Below, in pieces: positions 8,654 through 16,886 of a stretch of DNA of 43,334 bases; within the stretch, counting starts at the first letter, position 1, and each line of letters starts with the position of its first letter. The notes under the pieces are model-generated. The model did no database searches and was not told the DNA's origin. It saw only the letters and a list, made by a program, of their open reading frames with translations. Origin of the DNA: Nitrospinota bacterium (GTDB lineage: Bacteria > UBA8248); assembly GCA_030754595.1 (NCBI GenBank), contig JASLZZ010000016.1:1-43334 (forward strand), in the 5' to 3' direction. Position numbers and translations under genes: made by a program.

Positions 8654-9578
8654 TCCGCGGCAGAAAAATGTGAAGCCCGGCTGGCTGGGCCCGGAATATA
8701 ACGTGGTCCAACCGGCGAGCTATGAACTCGAAAATATCATGGAAGAGATCAGGGATGCCGAGGGGATTCTCACCGCGTTTCGGCCGGTGCCTTCGGAGTT
8801 GATGGAGGCCGTGCCCGGCCTCAAGGTGGTGGCCCGGCCCGGCGCGGGCATCGACAACATCGACAACATCGACGTCGAGGCGGCCACCCGGCTCGGGGTC
8901 CGGGTGTGCAACGTGACGGGAGTGCGGGGCCGCGCCCTGGCCGAGCACGCCTTATTCTTGATGCTCTATCTGGCGCGGCACGCATGGATGAAAGACGACC
9001 CCGAGGGCTGGGAGGCGACCCCGCCCATCCAGCTGACCGGCCGGACGATGGGAGTGGTCGGGCTGGGCGACATCGGTCGCAACGTGGTTAAAATCGGGCA
9101 CGGTTTCGGCCTCGAAATATTGGTCAACACGCGAACGCCCGACCCGGCCTATGTGCCGGAGGCCGCCATCGAGTTTGTATCGTTCGAGAAGATGTGCCCT
9201 CGGGCGGATTTTATCGTCCTGGCGATGCCCCTTACTCCCGAGACGCGCGGGTTCACTCGCGCGGAGACGATAGGGTGGATGAAAAAAGAGGTAATTATCA
9301 TAAACCTCGCCCGGGGGCAGGCCGTCGTCACCGGAGATCTTCTCGAGGCCGTCCGGGCGGGGCGGATCGCCGGGGCCGGGCTTGACGTGACCGACCCGGA
9401 GCCCCTGCCCGCGGATCATCTGCTCCGATCGATTCCACAGGTGCTCATCACCCCCCACAACGGATCGAGGACGGCGGAAACCACGGCGAAGGCCATGGGG
9501 CGGTCGGCGGACAACATCCGGAAGGCCCTCGCCGGCGAGCGGCCGATCAACCTGGTCAACCCCGAGGTCATGGACTAG
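8631..9578 (+). CDS. D-isomer-specific 2-hydroxyacid dehydrogenase
   Basis: GVVGLGDIG Rossmann motif, INLARG, AGLDVTDPEPL, ITPHNG. Likely GTG start at 8631 behind AAAGGA. Confidence 0.88.
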   Translation: MHKILVIDPRQKNVKPGWLGPEYNVVQPASYELENIMEEIRDAEGILTAFRPVPSELMEAVPGLKVVARPGAGIDNIDNIDVEAATRLGVRVCNVTGVRGRALAEHALFLMLYLARHAWMKDDPEGWEATPPIQLTGRTMGVVGLGDIGRNVVKIGHGFGLEILVNTRTPDPAYVPEAAIEFVSFEKMCPRADFIVLAMPLTPETRGFTRAETIGWMKKEVIIINLARGQAVVTGDLLEAVRAGRIAGAGLDVTDPEPLPADHLLRSIPQVLITPHNGSRTAETTAKAMGRSADNIRKALAGERPINLVNPEVMD

Positions 9579-9746
9579 CGGGGAATTGCTCCTGCGGAGG
9601 GCATTCTTGCGGTGCGCCATCCCTGTGGGGCGCCGTCCCGGAAAGATGCCGTCCCGGCGGCGGCCATAGACCAAAATCTCACTCATGCCGTTCAAAGTTA
9701 TAAAATTTCGCGTTGAAGCTGACATTCCGTATTTCCCGGCATCCAA

Positions 9747-9884
9747 ATGAGACTTTGGGCTGGAAAAAGGAAGTTGCGGCTGGAGAAGGAGCTTAAGCAG
9801 GTGGAGTTGGCCAAAATTTTGGGAGTTAATGAGGATACGGTGAGGAACTGGGAGAGGGGGAGGACACAACCCTCCGGGGAGTGA
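9747..9884 (+). CDS. Short XRE/Cro-type helix-turn-helix protein or remnant (45 aa)
   Basis: Manual translation: MRLWAGKRKLRLEKELKQVELAKILGVNEDTVRNWERGRTQPSGE*, which matches the XRE pattern. Below the ORF-track length cutoff; low GC. Confidence 0.65.
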   Translation: MRLWAGKRKLRLEKELKQVELAKILGVNEDTVRNWERGRTQPSGE

Positions 9885-10016
9885 CGTGCCCCCCTCACGT
9901 CGGTCCATGCTAAATGAGTGGATTTACCTGAATTATATGGGCTGAATAGAGATGAGCAGGTGTCTTATAATCCAACGGTCCTTGATTTCAATCCTATTTT
10001 AACAGTTGACTTTTTT

Positions 10017-11538
10017 TTACCCCCCTACCGGCCTGTCGAGCTGTCTGTACTGAATCGCCTCGGCGAGGTGCGCCGGGGCGATTTTGTCTTCACCCGCCAG
10101 ATCGGCGACTGTCCGCGCGACTTTCAGTACGCGGTGATAGGCCCCAGCCGCTCGACCGCCACCTGAAGCAGTTTTTTCCCCTCGGTGTCGGTCCTACAAA
10201 AGCGATTGATCAGCGCCGGACTCATGTGGGCGTTCAAGTAAACACCGGAAAATTCCCGGAGCCGCGCCCGCTGGCCTTCGCGGGCGGCCTCGATGCGCGT
10301 GCGGATATCGGCCGATCTCTCCCCGGCTTCGTCTCCCGAAAGCTCCTTCCACTCCACCCGCGGGACGTTGTTGTGAATGTCGATCCGGTCGAGCAGGGGC
10401 CCCGAGATGCGCGAGCGGTAGCGGGCGATTTGGCCCGGCGAGCAGGCGCAGGCCCGGGCCACCCCCAGTACCCGCACATGCAGGGGTTCATCGCGGCAGC
10501 GAGCATGAACCGCGCCGGGAACGAGAGGCTCGCCAAGGCCCGGCTGATGGTGATGCGCCCGTCCTCGAGCGGGCCGCGCAGGGTCTCGAGCACGTTCCGC
10601 CTGTACCCGGGAAGTTCGTCGAGGAAAAGAACACCGTTGTGGGCGAGGGAGGCCTCCCCCGGCGACGTGATCGTCCCCCCGCCCACCATGCCGGCGTCGC
10701 TGATGGTGTGATGGGGGGAGCGGAAGGGGCGCCTGGTGACGAGGGCGCGATCGGGGCCGAGCTTGCCGAGGACGCTCCAGACCTGGCTCGTCTCGATGGA
10801 CTCCTCGAGGGTGAGGGAGGGAAGGATGATCGGGAGCCTCCGGGCGAGCATGCTCTTGCCGCTTCCCGGAGGGCCGAGCATGAGGAGGTTGTGTCCCCCC
10901 GCGGCGGCGACCTCGAGGGCGCGCTTGGCGTGGCGCTGGCCCTTGATTTAGCTGAAATCGCCCGCGACCGCGGAGGCGGCGGCCAGTTCCACCCGCCCGC
11001 CACGTTCGGGCTCGATGGTCAGCTCTCCCTTCATGAAGGCGACCACCTGGGGAAGGGTGTGGACGGGGATGACCGCCAGATCGTCCACAACCGCCACCTC
11101 GCGCGCATTCTCGGCCGGAAGCACGAGGCCCCCGAGACCCCGCTCCTTGGCGAGGACGACGACGCTGAGCGCTCCGCGCACGGGCCGGAGGGCGCCGTCC
11201 AGCGCCAACTCGCCCAGGAACATGTACCGCGAGCCATCGACCTCCTCCCTTCGGATCGCGCCAGTCGCCCGGAGCAGGGCGAGCGCGATGGGCAGATCGA
11301 AGGCGCTTCCCTCCTTGCGCACGTCGGCGGGCGACAGGCTCACCGTGATCCTCCCGAGGGGATACCGGTAGCCGGTGTTGGCGATGGCCGCGCGGATGCG
11401 CTCCTTGCTCTCCTTGACCGCCGCGTCGGGCAATCCGACGGTGGCGTAGGCGGGCAGGCCCGAGGCCAGATCCACTTCGACGTCTACCGGGTAGGCGTCC
11501 ACGCCCAGCACAGCTGCCGATTGCGTCTTTGCCAGCAT
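10017..11538 (-). pseudogene. comM: ComM/YifB Mg-chelatase-like AAA+ ATPase, disrupted
   Basis: [115 protein letters not shown]. In-frame TAA at 10948-10950, plus frameshifts near 10470 and 10143. Confidence 0.92.
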
Positions 11539-11844
11539 GGTTCTCCCTCCCGAAACAACCTCACGGATCGGAAAGCGAATGTTAAGCGAAGTATAACGAA
11601 TGAAAGACGAAATGAAAGGGGGGACGTGAAAAGAAGCGTTAATTTATAAAGGCATATATTACGATTAGATACGAAGGAAGAGGCCAGGGGCCGCAGGCCC
11701 CGGGTCGCTGCCGGCCGAGGACTGTCCCGGAGATATCACCGGGCACCGCTTGATGCGGTCATGCCGCACGCCCTGCTGCGGAAGTGACGCCGGAGATGGT
11801 ACACCTACAGATATCTTAACCATTTCGTTGGGGAGGAATTATTC

Positions 11845-12579
11845 ATGGATTTCGAGGTGAAGGGAAAAACCTGTCTGGTGACCGGCGCGAGTCGGGGGAT
11901 CGGGCGCGCATGTGCGATCATCCTCGGCAAGGAGGGCTGCTCGGTGGCGGTGAACTACGTCCAGCGCGAAAAAGAGGCCGAGGAGACCTGCCGGCTCATC
12001 GAGGAGGCGGGAGGAAGGGCGATCCCCATCCGCGCGGATGTTTCCCGCTCCGAGCAGGTGGAAGCCCTGGTTGGCGAGGCGAGTGAGAAGCTGGGGTCCA
12101 TCTCCGTCCTCGTCAACAACGCCGGGATCGCGCCGATGCGCCCGCCCGAGGAGTTGACCGAGGCGATCTGGGACGAGACGCTGATGGTCAATCTCAAGTC
12201 GGCTTTCCTGATGACCCAGGCCGTTTTGCCCGGCATGCGGCGGGCCGGGTGGGGGCGGATTGTGAACATCTCGTCCAACGCCGCCTTCACGGGCGGCCGC
12301 GTCGGGCCGCACTATTCCGCTTCCAAGGCGGGGATGAACGGCATGACGCACTCCTACGCTAGTTTTTACGCGAAAGAGGGAATTACGGTGAACTCCGTCG
12401 CGCCGGCTTCGATTGCCACCGATATGATCGCAAACGATTTGAAGATAAAAGAGCCCTACACCCCCGTGCCGCGTTTTGGCCATGTGGACGAGGTGGCCGA
12501 GACCGTCCTGACCTTCGTCCGCTGCGGTTTCATCACGGGCCAGACGCTTGTCATCAACGGCGGGTTCTATATGACCTGA
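11845..12579 (+). CDS. SDR oxidoreductase (FabG/3-oxoacyl-ACP reductase-like)
   Basis: TGASRGIG, VNNAG, NISS, YSASK (YxxxK), ITGQTLVINGG. GGAGG RBS. Confidence 0.92.
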   Translation: MDFEVKGKTCLVTGASRGIGRACAIILGKEGCSVAVNYVQREKEAEETCRLIEEAGGRAIPIRADVSRSEQVEALVGEASEKLGSISVLVNNAGIAPMRPPEELTEAIWDETLMVNLKSAFLMTQAVLPGMRRAGWGRIVNISSNAAFTGGRVGPHYSASKAGMNGMTHSYASFYAKEGITVNSVAPASIATDMIANDLKIKEPYTPVPRFGHVDEVAETVLTFVRCGFITGQTLVINGGFYMT

Positions 12580-12755
12580 TGGACTGTCTTGATGGGTCTC
12601 CCTGATGGGTCGTGAGGTGTCCGCCCTCGAGAGTTGATGATTTGAAAATTTCGGGGGTTTTCCGAAAAAATCCGGCGGTTTGTCGCTCCGCCGTAATTGG
12701 TTAGAATCCGGTATCGCCTTGCCGCCTCATTATCCGAAATTATCTGGGTCCATAA

Positions 12756-14057
12756 ATGGCTACACTGAAAAAGCGCCTTGAGGAAAAACTCGGGCGAGCA
12801 GTAAACGTGCGCGAAGATGAGATTCGCGCGCTTCTGTTCTCGTTCGCCTATTTCTTTTGCCTTCTCTGCGGCTACTACATCCTGAGGCCGCTTCGCGAAG
12901 AGATGGGCGTCGCGGGCGGTGTGCGAAATCTCCCCTGGCTCTTCACCGGAACATTTGTTGTCATGCTGGCGGCGGTCCCGGCGTTCGGCGCCGCCGTTTC
13001 GAGGTTCCCGCGCCGACGGCTCGTTCCGGCGGTCTACCGGTTTTTCGTCGCCAACATATTGATCTTTTATATTCTGTTCATCGCTATTCCCTCGGGCTCC
13101 GGAAGGGTGTTCCTCGCCCGTGCGTTTTTCATCTGGGTGAGTGTCTATAATCTTTTCGTCGTATCGGTCTTCTGGAGTTTCATGGCCGATATCTTCGGGA
13201 ACGAGCAGGGAAAGCGCCTCTTCGGGTTCATCGCGGCGGGGGGCACGGCGGGCGCCCTCCTGGGTCCGGCGATCTCGGCCGCTCTGGCCGTGCCGCTCGG
13301 GCCGATGAATCTTCTTCCCATTTCGGCGGTTTTCCTGGAACTCGCCGTCCAGTGCGTTCGCCGGTTGAGCGCGCCGCCGGGGGTAGCCCCGGGCGAGGCG
13401 GCGAGCGGCGACGCGGGCGGGGAAGGCGCCATCGGCGGCGGAATCCTTGCCGGAGCAGCCCGGGTCTTTCGCTCTCCCTACCTGATGGGCATTTGCCTCT
13501 ATATCTTCTTTTTCACCATGACTTCGACCTTCGTATATTTTCAGCAGGCCCACATCGTCTCGGGGGCCTTTGACGATCCCGCCGAGAGAACGCGCGTGTT
13601 CGCGTCGATCAACCTCATCGTCGGGTTGCTGACGCTGCTCACGCAGTGGTTCGTCACCGGCCGCTTCATGGCCCGCTTCGGGGTGGGGGCCGCCGCAGCG
13701 TTCCTTCCCGCCGTGGTGGCGGCGGGTTTTCTCGCTCTCGCCTTTTCGCCGGTGCTCGCCGTTCTCATCGCCTTTCAGTCGATCCGACGGGCCTTGAACT
13801 TCGCCATCTCGCGTCCGGCCCGCGAGGTCCTTTTCACAGTGGTCGGGCGCGAGGATAAATACAAGTCGAAAAACTTCATCGACACCGTGGTCTATCGCGG
13901 CGGGGATGCCGTGAGCGGGTGGGCCTTCGCCGGTCTATCCACTCTCGGACTGGGCCTCCCGGCCATCGCCGCCGTGAGCGTGCCGCTGGCCGCGATATGG
14001 GGGGGCGTGGCACTCCTGCTCGGGAAAAAACAGGAAAAACTGGCCGGGTCCGGCTAG
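12756..14057 (+). CDS. MFS-like transporter (NTP/NDP-exchange / TLC-like family)
   Basis: Many hydrophobic helices. YYILRPLRE, FWSFMADIF...QGKRLFG.I, PAREVLF..V.REDKYKSKNFIDTVVYRGGD signatures. Confidence 0.85.
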   Translation: MATLKKRLEEKLGRAVNVREDEIRALLFSFAYFFCLLCGYYILRPLREEMGVAGGVRNLPWLFTGTFVVMLAAVPAFGAAVSRFPRRRLVPAVYRFFVANILIFYILFIAIPSGSGRVFLARAFFIWVSVYNLFVVSVFWSFMADIFGNEQGKRLFGFIAAGGTAGALLGPAISAALAVPLGPMNLLPISAVFLELAVQCVRRLSAPPGVAPGEAASGDAGGEGAIGGGILAGAARVFRSPYLMGICLYIFFFTMTSTFVYFQQAHIVSGAFDDPAERTRVFASINLIVGLLTLLTQWFVTGRFMARFGVGAAAAFLPAVVAAGFLALAFSPVLAVLIAFQSIRRALNFAISRPAREVLFTVVGREDKYKSKNFIDTVVYRGGDAVSGWAFAGLSTLGLGLPAIAAVSVPLAAIWGGVALLLGKKQEKLAGSG

Positions 14058-14089
14058 AATTACGCTACCTTTTTCTTTTGGAGGACGAC

Positions 14090-15052
14090 ATGACGCCGAA
14101 GGATCTCCGGGAAGGACCGAAAATCACGAGGAGCGCGTTTTTAAGGCTGGCCGCCGCCGCCACTGGGGCAGGGGTCGCCGCCGGGCTAGCGCTCGGGGAG
14201 AGCGCCCACGCCGCAGGGCCGCAGCACATGCGGACGATCCCCAAAAGCGGGGAAAAAATTCCGGCGGTGGGGCTCGGCACGGCCCGCACCTTCAACGTCG
14301 GACGCGATCCGGCGATGGTCCGCCCCCGCAAGGAGGTGGTCCGCCTATTTCTCAGGGAAGGGGGCAAGGTGATCGACACTTCTCCCTCCTACGGCGCGTC
14401 CGAGGCGCTGACGGGAGATATCCTGGCCGGTCTGGGATCGGGCGACAGGGCTTTCATCGCCACCAAGATTTCCACCTGGGGCCGCGAGAACGGCATCGCC
14501 CAGTTGAATGAATCCATGCGGCACTTCCGCCGCAAGACCATCGAGCTCGAGCAGGTCCACAATCTCAAGGACACCGATGTCCATCTCAAAACCCTGCGCA
14601 AATGGCGGGACGCCGGGCGGGTGCGCTACATCGGAATCACCCATTTCAGGCCCTCCGCCTACGAAGATATCGAGGCCGTCATTAAAAAAGAGCCGCTCGA
14701 CTTTCTTCAGCTTCGCTACAACATCAGGGCCAGGGACGCCGAAGAGCGGCTGCTGCCCCTTTGCGCGGATAAAGGGGTGGCGGTCATGGTGAACCGTCCC
14801 TATGAGCGGGGCCGCCTGTTCCGGCCCGTGAAGGGGAAGAGCAAGCCCGGGTGGCTGGCCGAGTTCGGCGCGGAGAGCTGGGGTCAATTTTTCCTGAAAT
14901 TCATCGTCTCCCATCCCGCCGTGACGATCATCATTCCCGCCACGCGAAAGCCCAAGCACCTTCTCGACAACATGGGCGCGGGGCGAGGCCTCCTGCCCGA
15001 CGCCGCCGGGCGCAGGAAGATGCTCAAACTCTGGGAGCGTTTTACGGCTTGA
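14090..15052 (+). CDS. Aldo/keto reductase with Tat-like N-terminal leader (copy 1)
   Basis: GGAGG RBS. TRSAFL + hydrophobic stretch + AHA. VGLGT, IDTSPSYG, ATK, QVHNL, IGIT, IPAT. Confidence 0.88.
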   Translation: MTPKDLREGPKITRSAFLRLAAAATGAGVAAGLALGESAHAAGPQHMRTIPKSGEKIPAVGLGTARTFNVGRDPAMVRPRKEVVRLFLREGGKVIDTSPSYGASEALTGDILAGLGSGDRAFIATKISTWGRENGIAQLNESMRHFRRKTIELEQVHNLKDTDVHLKTLRKWRDAGRVRYIGITHFRPSAYEDIEAVIKKEPLDFLQLRYNIRARDAEERLLPLCADKGVAVMVNRPYERGRLFRPVKGKSKPGWLAEFGAESWGQFFLKFIVSHPAVTIIIPATRKPKHLLDNMGAGRGLLPDAAGRRKMLKLWERFTA

Positions 15053-15056
15053 GGAG

Positions 15057-16010
15057 ATGGCGATGGATAGCGGATCGAAACCCAATGAGCCGAAAATCAC
15101 GCGGAGCGCGTTTTTAAGGCTGGCCGCCGCGGCCGGGGTCGCCGCCGGGCTGGGGCTCGAGGAGCTCGCCCACGCCGCAGGCCCGCAGCTCAAGCGCGCA
15201 ATTCCCCGAAGCGGGGAGAAAATTCCGGCCGTCGGGCTGGGGACGTCGCGGACCTTCGATGTGGGAACCGACCCGGCGGTGCTCGCCCCGAGAAGAGAGG
15301 TGACCCGTCTTTTCTTCCGCGAGGGCGGTACGGTGATCGACTCCTCGCCCATGTACGGGGAGGCCGAGCGCGTGACCGGCGATTTTTTGAGGGATCTCGG
15401 CCTGCACGATAAGGCCTTCCTCGCCACCAAGGTTTGGACCAGCGGCCGGCGGCGGGGCGCACGGCAGATGAACGAATCGATGCGCCTCCTGCGCACGAAA
15501 AAGATCGATCTGATGCAGGTGCATAACCTCGTCGATACGCGGACCCAGCTCCGCACCCTGCGCGAGTGGAAGGACGCGGGCAGAATCCGCTACATCGGCA
15601 TCACCCACTACGGCACCGGCGCGTTCGGCGAAATGGCCGGATGGATTAAGCGCGAGCCGATCGATTTCGTCCAGTTTCCTTTTTCTATCGCCGTGCGCGA
15701 GGCCGAAAAGCGGTTCATGCCCTTTTGCGCCGACAAGGGGGTGGCGACGCTGGTGAACCGGCCCTATGAGAAAGGCAATCTGTTTCGCGCCGTGAGGGGA
15801 ATGAAAATTCCGGACTGGTTCGCCGAGACCGGCGCGGAGAGTTGGGGTCAGTTTTTCCTCAAGTACATTCTATCGAACCCGGCGACGACCTGCGTCATCC
15901 CCGCCACGCGAAAGCCCAGGCACCTTCTCGACAACATGGGCGCGGGCCGGGGCCTTTTGCCCGGCGCGGGCGTCCGAAAGAAAATGGTGGAATTCTGGGG
16001 GCGTCTTTAA
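15057..16010 (+). CDS. Aldo/keto reductase with Tat-like N-terminal leader (copy 2, tandem paralogue)
   Basis: Same architecture: TRSAFL...AHA, VGLGT, IDSSPMYG, ATK, QVHNL, IPAT. Confidence 0.88.
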   Translation: MAMDSGSKPNEPKITRSAFLRLAAAAGVAAGLGLEELAHAAGPQLKRAIPRSGEKIPAVGLGTSRTFDVGTDPAVLAPRREVTRLFFREGGTVIDSSPMYGEAERVTGDFLRDLGLHDKAFLATKVWTSGRRRGARQMNESMRLLRTKKIDLMQVHNLVDTRTQLRTLREWKDAGRIRYIGITHYGTGAFGEMAGWIKREPIDFVQFPFSIAVREAEKRFMPFCADKGVATLVNRPYEKGNLFRAVRGMKIPDWFAETGAESWGQFFLKYILSNPATTCVIPATRKPRHLLDNMGAGRGLLPGAGVRKKMVEFWGRL

Positions 16011-16029
16011 TCCGAAAAACCCGCAAAGG

Positions 16030-16810
16030 TTAGTTCAGGTCCTTGGCGCAGCGAAAACCCCTGCTGGAGACCCGGGTCTCTGGAATGCTCCTGCCCCGTT
16101 TGGCGGCCCGGAAGTCCGTTGCGAATGTGTAGGACCAGGCGCCACCGCGAAAAATGCGCATGTCGCCCGAGCTAGGCCCCTTGGGGTTGCGCGTGGGCGC
16201 ATCGATGTAATAGTGCGGCGAGTAGACGTCCTGGGCCCCATTCCCAGACGTTCCCCGCCATGTCCACGGCGCCGTAGGGGCTCTCGTTGGTGTTATAGCT
16301 CCGGCCCACGGGGTGGGGCTTTCCTCCGCTGTTTTTTCTCCAGATGACCTTGTCCGGCTCCCATGAGTCGCCCCAGGGGTACTTCCGACCGTCCGTCCCC
16401 CGAGCGGCCTTTTCCCATTCGGCCTCGGAGGGAAGGCGCTTGCCAACCTTGGCGCAGTAGTCCCGCGCCTGGAACCATGTCACGCCCGCGACGGGTTGCT
16501 TTGAGCCGTTGAATTTCGGGCCATAATTCTCTTTCGTGCGCATTCCCGCCGCCCGGAATCTGGCGTTCGTCAACTCGTATTTGTCGATATAGAAGCCGTC
16601 GATATAGACCTTGCGCCGCGGCTCTTCGCTGTCATCGCCCGAGTTCGACCCCATGATGAACTTCCCCGCAGGGACCAGGACCATCGGCGCGCCGTCACTG
16701 CTCGTTATCTTTTTGGGGAGAGAGGCAGCGCCGGCGGTGCGTATCGGCGCAACAAGTAAGACCGCAATGGCAAAACGTACGCAGAATGTGTTGATCACTC
16801 TTGTTCTCAT
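16030..16810 (-). pseudogene. Formylglycine-generating-enzyme (SUMF1/FGE-sulfatase) domain protein with signal peptide, frameshifted
   Basis: MVLVPAGKFIMGS, RLPSEAEWEKAARG, YPWG, DMAGNVWEW. The C-terminus (NPKGP..RGGAW..GFRCAKD) is in another frame owing to an extra G in the run at 16236-16239. Confidence 0.88.
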
Positions 16811-16886
16811 ACGCCACCACCACCTGACTCAAAACCGCTTGCAGCCCCTTGGCCCCAGCCGCCCCGTAGGGGCGGGTTGGATGCCT

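Noticed and set aside
9900..11538. Integrative element inserted inside comM
   Set aside because: All ComM segments are contiguous and collinear. No integrase, att duplication or inserted DNA is seen within the gene.
12577..12612. TGATGG repeated three times at 13-bp spacing after the SDR stop
   Set aside because: Short and degenerate, with no functional context.
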